Positions 9,270-22,631 of a stretch of DNA of 64,000 nucleotides are shown in pieces. The first letter of the stretch is position 1, and every line of letters begins with the position of its first letter. The stretch comes from Eledone cirrhosa (lineage: Eukaryota): contig OZ024742.1 of NCBI GenBank assembly GCA_964016885.1, positions 168,330,001 through 168,394,000 of the forward strand, written 5' to 3'. The notes beneath the pieces are model-generated. The model was not told where the DNA came from and did not search any database. It worked only from the letters and a program-made list of their open reading frames with translations. The position numbers and the translations under genes are program-made.

Positions 9270-11236
9270 AAAAAATCCATTAAAAAAATCCATTAAAAAA
9301 ACTCAATCAAAAACCCATAAAAGAAACATTAAAACAGCATTTAAAAAATCCATTAAAAATCCATTAAAAAAATCCATTTAATAAAATCCATTAAAAAATC
9401 CATTAAAAATCCATTAAAAATCCATTAAAAATCCATTAAAAATCCATTAAAAATCCATTAAAAAACCCATTTAAAAAAATCCATTAAAAAAATCCATTAA
9501 AAAAATCCATTAAAAAAAGCCATTAAAAAAATCCATTTAAAAAAAGCCATTAAAAAAATCCATTAAAAAAAAATCCATTAAAAATCCATTAAAAAAATCC
9601 ATTTAAAAAAATCCATTAAAAACCCATTAAAAATCCATTAAAAAATCCATTAAAAAACCCATTAAAAAAAATCCATTAGAAAAATCCATTTAAAAAATCC
9701 ATTAAAAAAAAATCCATTTAAAAAACCCATTAAAAAAAATCCATTAAAAAAATCCATTTAAAAAATCCATTTAAAAAATCCATTAAAAAAATCCATTTAA
9801 AAAATCCATAAAAAAAAACCATTAAAAAAAATCCATTAAAAAAAAATCCATTAAAAAAAATCCATTAAAAAAAATCCATTAAAAATCCATTAAAAAAAAT
9901 CCATTTAAAAAAAATTCATTAAAAAATCCATTAAAAATCCATTAAAAATCCATTTAAAAAAATCCATTTAAAAAATCCATTTAAAAAACCCATTACAAAA
10001 AATACATTAAAAAAAATCCATAAAAAAAAAAGCCATTAAAAAAAATCCATTAAAAAAAATCTATTAAAAATCCATTAAAAATCCATTAAAAATCCATTAA
10101 AAATCCATTAAAAATCCATTAAAAATCCATTAAAAAGCCATTAAAAATCCATTAAAATCCATTAAAAATCCATTAAAAATCCATTAAAAATCCATTAAAA
10201 ATCTATTAAAAAATCCATTTAAAAAAATCCATTAAAAAATCCATTAAAAAATCCATTTAAAAAATCCATTAAAAAAATCCATTAAAAAAAAATCCATTAA
10301 AAAAAAAATCCATTAAAAAAAATCAATTTAAAAAAATCCATTAAAAATCCATTAAAAAAATCCATTTAAAAAAATCCATTAAAAACCCATTAAAAACCCA
10401 TTAAAAATCCATTAAAAATCCATTTAAAAAACCCATTAAAAAAAATCCATTAAAAAAAATCCATTTAAAAAATCCATTTAAAAAAATCCATTAAAAAAAC
10501 CCATTAAAAAAATCCATTAAAAAAATCCATTTAAAAAATCCATTAAAAAAAATTCATTAAAAAAAAATCCATAAAAAAATCCATTAAAAAAATCCATTTA
10601 AAAAAATCCATTAAAAAAAATCCATTAAAAATCCATTAAAAAAATCCATTAAAAAAAATCCATTAAAAAATCCATTAAAAAACCCATTAAAAATCCATTA
10701 AAAATCCATTAAAAATCCATTAAAAATCCATTTAAAAAACCCATTAAAAAAATCCATTTAAAAAACCCATTAAAAAAAGCCATTAAAAAATCCATTTAAA
10801 AAATCCATTAAAAAAAATCCATTTAAAACAACCCATTAAAAAAATCCATTAAAAAAAACCCATTAAAAAAAATCCATTAAAAAAATCCATTTAAAAAATC
10901 CATTAAAAAAAATCCATTTAAAAAAATCCATAAAAAAATCCATTAAAAAAATCCATTAAAAATCCATTAAAAAAAATCCATTTAAAAAAGCCATTAAAAA
11001 ATCCATTAAAAATCCATTAAAAATCCATTTAAAAAACCCATTAAAAAATCCATTAAAAAAATCCATTTAAAAAATCCATTAAAAAAAATCCATTTAAAAA
11101 AACTCATTTAAAAAAATCCATTAAAAAAATCCATTTAAAAAATCCATTAAAAAAAATCCATTAAAAAAATCCATTAAAAAAATCCATTAAAAAAAATCCA
11201 TTAAAAAAAAATCCGTTAAAAAAAATCCATTAAAAA

Positions 11237-11434
11237 CTCAATCAAAAACCCAATTAAAAGGCCATAAAAGAAACATTAAAACAGCATTTAAAATACCATT
11301 AAAAACGCCATAAAAAATCATTAAAATTGTTTTTTATGAAATTTATAATATGGCTTTTAATGAATTTTTTAATGGGCTTTTAGAATCATTAAAATCCCAT
11401 TAAAAATACATTAAAGGCCCATTAAAAACGCCAT
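11237..11434. repeat. Cassette copy 6 (T type)
   Basis: Island starts at 11328. Confidence 0.95.
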
Positions 11435-14327
11435 AAAAAATCCATTAAAAAAATCCATTAAAAAAAAACTCAATCAAAAACACATAAAAGAAACATTAAA
11501 ACAGCATTTAAAAAATCCATTAAAAATCCATTAAAAAAAAATCCATTAAAAAAATCCATTAAAAATCCATTAAAAAAATCCATTTAAAAAAATCCATTAA
11601 AAAATCCATTAAAAACCCATTAAAAATCCATTAAAAATCCATTAAAAAATCCATTTAAAAAACCCATTAAAAAAATCCATTAAAAAATCCATTTAAAAAT
11701 CCATTAAAAAAAATCCATTTAAAAAAACCCATTAAAAAAAATCCATTAAAAAAATCCATTTAAAAAATCCATAAAAAAAAATCCATAAAAAAAATCCATT
11801 AAAAAAAATCCATTAAAAAAAAAATCCGTTAAAAAAATCCATTAAAAATCCATTAAAAATCCATTAAAAATCCATTAAAAATCCATTAAAAATCCATTAA
11901 AAATCCATTTAAAAAAATCCATTAAAAAAAAATCCATTAAAAAAAATCCATTAAAAAAAATCAATTTAAAAAAATCCATTAAAAATCCATTAAAAAAATC
12001 CATTAAAAAAAATCCATTAAAAACCCATTAAAAATCCATTAAAAATCCATTTAAAAATCCAGTAAAAAAAATCCATTTAAAAAACCCATTAAAAAAATCC
12101 ATTAAAAAATCCATTTAAAAATCCAGTAAAAAAAATCCATTTAAAAAAACCCATTAAAAAAAATCCATTAAAAAAATCCATTTAAAAAATCCATAAAAAA
12201 AAATCCATAAAAAAAAATCCATTAAAAAAAAATCCGTTAAAAAAAATCCATTAAAAAAAAATCCGTTAAAAAAATCCATTAAAAGCTCAATCCCATTAAA
12301 AACGCCATAAAAATCATTAAAATCCAATTAAAGGTACATTAAAGGCCCATTAAAAACGCCATAAAAAATCCATTAAAAAAATCCATTAAAAAAACTCAAT
12401 CAAAAACCCATAAAAGAAACATTAAAACAGCATTTAAAAAATCCATTAAAAATCCATTAAAAAAATCCATTTAATAAAATCCATTAAAAAATCCATTAAA
12501 AATCCATTAAAAATCCATTAAAAATCCATTAAAAATCCATTAAAAATCCATTAAAAACCCATTTAAAAAAATCCATTAAAAAAATCCATTAAAAAAATCC
12601 ATTAAAAAAAGCCATTAAAAAAATCCATTTAAAAAAAGCCATTAAAAAAATCCATTAAAAAAAAATCCATTAAAAATCCATTAAAAAAATCCATTTAAAA
12701 AAATCCATTAAAAACCCATTAAAAATCCATTAAAAAAACCATTAAAAAACCCATTAAAAAAAATCCATTAGAAAAATCCATTTAAAAAATCCATTAAAAA
12801 AAAATCCATTTAAAAAACCCATTAAAAAAAATCCATTATAAAAATCCATTTAAAAAATCCATTTAAAAAATCCATTAAAAAAATCCATTTAAAAAATCCA
12901 TAAAAAAAAACCATTAAAAAAAATCCATTAAAAAAAAATCCATTAAAAAAAATCCATTAAAAAAAATCCATTAAAAATCCATTAAAAAAAATCCATTTAA
13001 AAAAAATTCATTAAAAAATCCATTAAAAATCCATTAAAAATCCATTTAAAAAAATCCATTTAAAAAATCCATTTAAAAAACCCATTACAAAAAATACATT
13101 AAAAAAAATCCATAAAAAAAAAGCCATTAAAAAAAATCCATTAAAAAAAATCTATTAAAAATCCATTAAAAATCCATTAAAAATCCATTAAAAATCCATT
13201 AAAAATCCATTAAAAATCCATTAAAAAGCCATTAAAAATCCATTAAAATCCATTAAAAATCCATTAAAAATCCCTTAAAAATCCATTAAAAATCCATTAA
13301 AAAATCCATTTAAAAAAATCCATTAAAAAATCCATTAAAAAATCCATTTAAAAAATCCATTAAAAAAATCCATTAAAAAAAAATCCATTAAAAAAAAAAT
13401 CCATTAAAAAAAATCAATTTAAAAAAATCCATTAAAAATCCATTAAAAAAATCCATTTAAAAAAATCCTTTAAAAACCCATTAAAAACCCATTAAAAATC
13501 CATTAAAAATCCATTTAAAAAACCCATTAAAAAAAATCCATTAAAAAAAATCCATTTAAAAAATCCATTTAAAAAAATCCATTAAAAAAACCCATTAAAA
13601 AAATCCATTAAAAAAATCCATTTAAAAAATCCATTAAAAAAAATTCATTAAAAAAAAATCCATAAAAAAATCCATTAAAAAAATCCATTTAAAAAAATCC
13701 ATTAAAAAAAATCCATTAAAAATCCATTAAAAAAATCCATTAAAAAAAATCCATTAAAAAATCCATTAAAAAACCCATTAAAAATCCATTAAAAATCCAT
13801 TAAAAATCCATTAAAAATCCATTTAAAAAACCCATTAAAAAAATCCATTTAAAAAACCCATTAAAAAAAGCCATTAAAAAATCCATTTAAAAAATCCATT
13901 AAAAAAAATCCATTTAAAACAACCCATTAAAAAAATCCATTAAAAAAAACCCATTAAAAAAAATCCATTAAAAAAATCCATTTAAAAAATCCATTAAAAA
14001 AAATCCATTAAAAAAAATCCATAAAAAAATCCATTAAAAAAATCCATTAAAAATCCATTAAAAAAAATCCATTTAAAAAAGCCATTAAAAAATCCATTAA
14101 AAATCCATTAAAAATCCATTTAAAAAACCCATTAAAAAATCCATTAAAAAAATCCATTTAAAAAATCCATTAAAAAAAATCCATTTAAAAAAACTCATTT
14201 AAAAAAATCCATTAAAAAAATCCATTTAAAAAATCCATTAAAAAAAATCCATTAAAAAAATCCATTAAAAAAATCCATTAAAAAAAATCCATTAAAAAAA
14301 AATCCGTTAAAAAAAATCCATTAAAAA

Positions 14328-14525
14328 CTCAATCAAAAACCCAATTAAAAGGCCATAAAAGAAACATTAAAACAGCATTTAAAATACCATTAAAAACGCC
14401 ATAAAAAATCATTAAAATTGTTTTTTATGAAATTTATAATATGGCTTTTAATGAATTTTTTAATGGGCTTTTAGAATCATTAAAATCCCATTAAAAATAC
14501 ATTAAAGGCCCATTAAAAACGCCAT
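14328..14525. repeat. Cassette copy 7 (T type)
   Basis: Island starts at 14419. Confidence 0.95.
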
Positions 14526-15821
14526 AAAAAATCCATTAAAAAAATCCATTAAAAAAAAACTCAATCAAAAACACATAAAAGAAACATTAAAACAGCATTT
14601 AAAAAATCCATTAAAAATCCATTAAAAAAAAATCCATTAAAAAAATCCATTAAAAATCCATTAAAAAAATCCATTTAAAAAAATCCATTAAAAAATCCAT
14701 TAAAAACCCATTAAAAATCCATTAAAAATCCATTAAAAATCCATTAAAAAATCCATTTAAAAAACCCATTAAAAAAATCCATTAAAAAATCCATTTAAAA
14801 ATCCATTAAAAAAAATCCATTTAAAAAAACCCATTAAAAAAAATCCATTAAAAAAATCCATTTAAAAAATCCATAAAAAAAAATCCATAAAAAAAATCCA
14901 TTAAAAAAAATCCATTAAAAAAAAAATCCGTTAAAAAAAATCCATTAAAAATCCATTAAAAATCCATTAAAAATCCATTAAAAATCCATTAAAAATCCAT
15001 TAAAAATCCATTTAAAAAAATCCATTAAAAAAATCCATTAAAAAAATCCATTTAAAAAATCCATTAAAAAAAATCCATTAAAAAAAAATCCATTAAAAAA
15101 AATCCATAAAAAAAAATCAATTTAAAAAAATCCATTAAAAATCCATTAAAAAAATCCATTAAAAAAAATCCATTAAAAACCCATTAAAAATCCATTAAAA
15201 ATCCATTAAAAAATCCATTTAAAAAAACCATTAAAAAAAATCCATTAAAAAAATCCATTTAAAAAATCCATTAAAAAAAAATCCATTAAAAAAATCCATT
15301 TAAAAAATCCATTAAAAAAAATCCATTAAAAAAAACTCAATCAAAAACCCATAAAAGAAACATTAAAACAGCATTTAAAAAATCCATTAAAAATCCATTA
15401 AAAGAATCCATTTAAAAAATCCATTAAAAAATCCATTAAAAATCCATTAAAAATCCATTAAAAAATCCATTTAAAAAAATCCATTAAAAAAATCCTTTAA
15501 AAAATCCATTAAAAAATCCATTTAAAAAATCCATTAAAAAAAATCCATTAAAAAAAACCATTAAAAAATCCATTAAAAAAATCCCATTAAAAATACATTA
15601 AAAATCCATTAAAAATCCATTAAAAAATCCATTAAAAATCCATTAAAAATCCATTAAAAATCCATTAAAAAATCCATTAAAAAAAATCCATTAAAAAAAT
15701 CCATTAAAAAATCCATTTAAAAAATCCATTTAAAAAAATCCATTAAAAAAAATCCATTAAAAAAAATCCATTAAAAAAAATCCATTAAAAAAAAAATCCG
15801 TTAAAAAAAATCCATTAAAAA

Positions 15822-16019
15822 CTCAATCAAACACCCAATTAAAAGGCCATAAAAGAAACATTAAAACAGCATTTAAAATACCATTAAAAACGCCATAAAA
15901 AATCATTAAAATTGTTTTTTATGAAATTTATAATATGGCTTTTAATGAACTTTTTAATGGGCTTTTAGAATCATTAAAATCCCATTAAAAATACATTAAA
16001 GGCCCATTAAAAACGCCAT
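15822..16019. repeat. Cassette copy 8 (C type)
   Basis: Island starts at 15913. Confidence 0.95.
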
Positions 16020-19000
16020 AAAAAATCCATTAAAAAAAATCCATTAAAAAAAAATTCAATCAAAAACCCATAAAAGAAACATTAAAACAGCATTTAAAAA
16101 ACCCATTAAAAATTCATTAAAAAAATCCATTTAAAAAATCCATTAAAAATCCATTAAAAATCCATTAAAAATCCATTAAAAATCCATTAAAAATCCATTA
16201 AAAATAATCCATTAAAAAAAAATTCAATCAAAAACCCATAAAAGAAACATTAAAACAGCATTTAAAAAATCCATTAAAAAAATCCATTTAAAAAAATCCA
16301 TTAAAAAAGCCATTAAAAATCCATTAAAAATCCATTAAAAAAATCCATTAAAAAAAAATCCATTAAAAAAAATCCATTAAAAAAATCCATTTAAAAAAAT
16401 CCATTAAAAATCCATTAAAAACCCATTAAAAATCCATTAAAAATCCATTAAAAATCCATTAAAAAATCCATTTAAAAAACCCATTAAAAAAATCCATTTA
16501 AAAATCCAGTAAAAAAAATCCATTTAAAAAAACCCATTAAAAAAAATCCATTAAAAAAATCCATTTAAAAAATCCATAAAAAAAAATCCATAAAAAAAAT
16601 CCATTAAAAAAAATCCATTAAAAAAAAAATCCGTTAAAAAAAATCCATTAAAAATCCATTAAAAATCCATTAAAAATCCATTAAAAATCCATTAAAAATC
16701 CATTTAAAAAAATCCATTAAAAAAATCCATTAAAAAAATCCATTTAAAAAATCCATTAAAAAAAATCCATTAAAAAAAAATCCATTAAAAAAAATCCATT
16801 AAAAAAAATCAATTTAAAAAAATCCATTAAAAATCCATTAAAAAAATCCATTTAAAAAAATCCATTAAAAACCCATTAAAAATCCATTAAAAATCCATTA
16901 AAAAATCCATTTAAAAAAACCATTAAAAAAAATCCATTAAAAAAATCCATTTAAAAAATCCATTAAAAAAAAATCCATTAAAAAAAACCCATTAAAAAAA
17001 ATCCATTAAAAAAATCCATTTAAAAAATCCATTAAAAAAAATCCATTAAAAAAAACTCAATCAAAAACCCATAAAAGAAACATTAAAACAGCATTTAAAA
17101 AATCCATTAAAAATCCATTAAAAAAATCCATTTAAAAAATCCATTAAAAAATCCATTAAAAATCCATTAAAAATCCATTAAAAAATCCATTTAAAAAAAT
17201 CCATTAAAAAAATCCATTTAAAAAATCCATTAAAAAATCCATTTAAAAAATCCATTAAAAAAAATCCATTAAAAAAAAACCATTAAAAAATCCATTAAAA
17301 AAAATCCCATTAAAAATACATTAAAGGCCCATTAAAAACGCCATAAAAAATCCATTAAAAAAATCCATTAAAAAAAAACTCAATCAAAAACCCATAAAAG
17401 AAACATTAAAACAGCATTTAAAAAATCCATTAAAAAAATCCATTAAAAAAAATCCATTAAAAAATCCATTAAAAATCCATTAAAAATCCATTAAAAATCC
17501 ATTAAAAAATCCATTAAAAATCCATTAAAAATCCATTAAAAAATCCATTTAAAAAAATCCATTAAAAAAATCCATTAAAAAATCCATTTAAAAAATCCAT
17601 TTAAAAAAATCCATTAAAAAAAATCCATTAAAAAAAAATCCATTAAAAAAAATCCATTAAAAAAAAAATCCGTTAAAAAAAATCCATTAAAAACTCAATC
17701 AAACACCCAATTAAAAGGCCATAAAAGAAACATTAAAACAGCATTTAAAATACCATTAAAAACGCCATAAAAATCATTAAAATCCAATTAAAGATACATT
17801 AAAGGCCCATTAAAAACGCCATAAAAAATCCATTAAAAATATCCATTAAAAAAACTCAATCAAAAACCCATAAAAGAAACATTAAAACAGCATTTAAAAA
17901 ATCCATTAAAAAAATCCATTTAATAAAATCCATTAAAAATCCATTAAAAATCCATTAAAAATCCATTAAAAATCCATTAAAAATCCATTAAAAATCCATT
18001 AAAAAACCCATTTAAAAAAATCCATTAAAAAAATCCATTAAAAAAATCCATTAAAAAAAGCCATTAAAAAAATCCATTTAAAAAAAGCCATTAAAAAAAT
18101 CCATTAAAAAAAAATCCATTAAAAATCCATTAAAAAAATCCATTTAAAAAAATCCATTAAAAACCCATTAAAAATCCATTAAAAAATCCATTAAAAAACC
18201 CATTAAAAAAAATCCATTAGAAAAATCCATTTAAAAAATCCATTAAAAAAAAATCCATTTAAAAAACCCATTAAAAAAAATCCATAAAAAAAATCCATTT
18301 AAAAAATCCATTTAAAAAATCCATTAAAAAAATCCATTTAAAAAATCCATAAAAAAAAACCATTAAAAAAAATCCATTAAAAAAAAATCCATTAAAAAAA
18401 ATCCATTAAAAATCCATTAAAAAAAATCCATTTAAAAAAAATTCATTAAAAAATCCATTAAAAATCCATTAAAAATCCATTTAAAAAAATCCATTTAAAA
18501 AATCCATTTAAAAAACCCATTACAAAAAATACATTAAAAAAAATCCATAAAAAAAAAAGCCATTAAAAAAAATCCATTAAAAAAAATCTATTAAAAATCC
18601 ATTAAAAATCCATTAAAAATCCATTAAAAATCCATTAAAAATCCATTAAAAAGCCATTAAAAATCCATTAAAATCCATTAAAAATCCATTAAAAATCCAT
18701 TAAAAATCCATTAAAAATCCATTAAAAAATCCATTTAAAAAAATCCATTAAAAAATCCATTAAAAAATCCATTTAAAAAATCCATTAAAAAAATCCATTA
18801 AAAAAAAATCCATTAAAAAAAAAATCCATTAAAAAAAATCAATTTAAAAAAATCCATTAAAAATCCATTAAAAAAATCCATTTAAAAAAATCCATTAAAA
18901 ACCCATTAAAAACCCATTAAAAATCCATTAAAAATCCATTTAAAAAACCCATTAAAAAAAATCCATTAAAAAAAATCCATTTAAAAAATCCATTAAAAAA

Positions 19001-20532
19001 AATCCATTAAAAAAACCCATTAAAAAAATCCATTAAAAAAATCCATTTAAAAAATCCATTAAAAAAAATTCATTAAAAAAAAATCCATAAAAAAATCCAT
19101 TAAAAAAATCCATTTAAAAAAATCCATTAAAAAAAATCCATTAAAAATCCATTAAAAAAATCCATTAAAAAAAATCCATTAAAAAATCCATTAAAAAACC
19201 CATTAAAAATCCATTAAAAATCCATTAAAAATCCATTAAAAAATCCATTTAAAAAACCCATTAAAAAAATCCATTTAAAAAACCCATTAAAAAAAGCCAT
19301 TAAAAAATCCATTTAAAAAATCCATTAAAAAAAATCCATTTAAAACAACCCATTAAAAAAAATCCATTAAAAAAAACCCATTAAAAAAAATCCATTTAAA
19401 AAAGCCATTAAAAAATCCATTAAAAATCCATTAAAAATCCATTTAAAAAACCCATTAAAAAAATCCATTAAAAAATCCATTAAAAAATCCATTAAAAAAT
19501 CCATTTAAAAATCCATTAAAAAAAATCCATTTAAAAAAACCCATTAAAAAAAATCCATTAAAAAAATCCATTTAAAAAATCCATAAAAAAAAATCCATAA
19601 AAAAAATCCATTAAAAAAAATCCATTAAAAAAAAAATCCGTTAAAAAAAATCCATTAAAAATCCATTAAAAATCCATTAAAAATCCATTAAAAATCCATT
19701 AAAAATCCATTAAAAATCCATTTAAAAAAATCCATTAAAAAAATCCATTAAAAAAATCCATTTAAAAAATCCATTAAAAAATATCCATTAAAAAAAAATC
19801 CATTAAAAAAAATCCATTAAAAAAAATCAATTTAAAAAAATCAATTAAAAATCCATTAAAAAAATCCATTTAAAAAAATCCATTAAAAACCCATTAAAAA
19901 TCCATTAAAAATCCATTAAAAAATCCATTTAAAAAAACCATTAAAAAAAATCCATTAAAAAAATCCATTTAAAAAATCCATTAAAAAAAAATCCATTAAA
20001 AAAATACATTTAAAAAATCCATTAAAAAAAATCCATTAAAAAAAACTCAATCAAAAACCCATAAAAGAAACATTAAAACAGCATTTAAAAAATCCATTAA
20101 AAATCCATTAAAAGAATCCATTTAAAAAATCCATTAAAAAATCCATTAAAAATCCATTAAAAATCCATTAAAAAATCCATTTAAAAAAATCCATTAAAAA
20201 AATCCTTTAAAAAATCCATTAAAAAATCCATTTAAAAAATCCATTAAAAAAAATCCATTAAAAAAAACCATTAAAAAATCCATTAAAAAAAATCCCATTA
20301 AAAATACATTAAAAATCCATTAAAAATCCATTAAAAAATCCATTAAAAATCCATTAAAAATCCATTAAAAATCCATTAAAAAATCCATTAAAAAAAATCC
20401 ATTAAAAAAATCCATTAAAAAATCCATTTAAAAAATCCATTTAAAAAAATCCATTAAAAAAAATCCATTAAAAAAAATCCATTAAAAAAAATCCATAAAA
20501 AAAAAAATCCGTTAAAAAAAATCCATTAAAAA

Positions 20533-20730
20533 CTCAATCAAACACCCAATTAAAAAGCCATAAAAGAAACATTAAAACAGCATTTAAAATACCATTAAAA
20601 ACGCCATAAAAAATCATTAAAATTGTTTTTTATGAAATTTATAATATGGCTTTTAATGAACTTTTTAATGGGCTTTTAGAATCATTAAAATCCCATTAAA
20701 AATACATTAAAGGCCCATTAAAAACGCCAT
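20533..20730. repeat. Cassette copy 9 (C type, AAAAAGCCAT variant)
   Basis: Island starts at 20624. Confidence 0.95.
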
Positions 20731-22446
20731 AAAAAATCCATTAAAAAAAATCCATTAAAAAAAAATTCAATCAAAAACCCATAAAAGAAACATTAAAACA
20801 GCATTTAAAAAACCCATTAAAAATTCATTAAAAAAATCCATTTAAAAAATCCATTAAAAATCCATTAAAAATCCATTAAAAATCCATTAAAAATCCATTA
20901 AAAATCCATTAAAAATAATCCATTAAAAAAAAATTCAATCAAAAACCCATAAAAGAAACATTAAAACAGCATTTAAAAAATCCATTAAAAAAATCCATTT
21001 AAAAAAATCCATTAAAAAAGCCATTAAAAATCCATTAAAAATCCATTAAAAAAATCCATTAAAAAAAAATCCATTAAAAAAAATCCATTAAAAATCCATT
21101 AAAAAAATCCATTTAAAAAAATCCATTAAAAATCCATTAAAAACCCATTAAAAATCCATTAAAAATCCATTAAAAATCCATTAAAAAATCCATTTAAAAA
21201 ACCCATTAAAAAAATCCATTAAAAAATCCATTTAAAAATCCAGTAAAAAAAATCCATTTAAAAAAACCCATTAAAAAAAATCCATTAAAAAAATCCATTT
21301 AAAAAATCCATAAAAAAAAATCCATAAAAAAAATCCATTAAAAAAAATCCATTAAAAAAAAAATCCGTTAAAAAAAATCCATTAAAAATCCATTAAAAAT
21401 CCATTAAAAATCCATTAAAAATCCATTAAAAATCCATTTAAAAAAATCCATTAAAAAAATCCATTAAAAAAATCCATTTAAAAAATCCATTAAAAAAAAT
21501 CCATTAAAAAAAAATCCATTAAAAAAAATCCATTAAAAAAATCAATTTAAAAAAATCCATTAAAAATCCATTAAAAAAATCCATTTAAAAAAATCCATTA
21601 AAAACCCATTAAAAATCCATTAAAAATCCATTAAAAAATCCATTTAAAAAAACCATTAAAAAAAATCCATTAAAAAAATCCATTTAAAAAATCCATTAAA
21701 AAAAATCCATTAAAAAAAACCCATTAAAAAAAATCCATTAAAAAAATCCATTTAAAAAATCCATTAAAAAAAATCCATTAAAAAAAACTCAATCAAAAAC
21801 CCATAAAAGAAACATTAAAACAGCATTTAAAAAATCCATTAAAAATCCATTAAAAAAATCCATTTAAAAAATCCATTAAAAAATCCATTAAAAATCCATT
21901 AAAAATCCATTAAAAAATCCATTTAAAAAAATCCATTGAAAAAATCCATTTAAAAAATCCATTAAAAAATCCATTTAAAAAATCCATTAAAAAAAATCCA
22001 TTAAAAAAAACCATTAAAAAATCCATTAAAAAAAATCCCATTAAAAATACATTAAAGGCCCATTAAAAACGCCATAAAAAATCCATTAAAAAAATCCATT
22101 AAAAAAAAACTCAATCAAAAACCCATAAAAGAAACATTAAAACAGCATTTAAAAAATCCATTAAAAAAATCCATTTAAAAAAATCCATTAAAAAATCCAT
22201 TAAAAATCCATTAAAAATCCATTAAAAATCCATTAAAAATCCATTAAAAAATCCATTAAAAATCCATTAAAAATCCATTAAAAATCCATTAAAAAATCCA
22301 TTTAAAAAAATCCATTAAAAAAATCCATTAAAAAATCCATTTAAAAAATCCATTTAAAAAAATCCATTAAAAAAAATCCATTAAAAAAAAATCCATTAAA
22401 AAAAATCCATTAAAAAAAAAATCCGTTAAAAAAAATCCATTAAAAA

Positions 22447-22631
22447 CTCAATCAAACACCCAATTAAAAGGCCATAAAAGAAACATTAAAACAGCATTTA
22501 AAATACCATTAAAAACGCCATAAAAAATCATTAAAATTGTTTTTTATGAAATTTATAATATGGCTTTTAATGAACTTTTTAATGGGCTTTTAGAATCATT
22601 AAAATCCCATTAAAAATACATTAAAGGCCAT
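22447..22631. repeat. Cassette copy 10 (C type, short right arm)
   Basis: Island starts at 22538. Confidence 0.95.
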
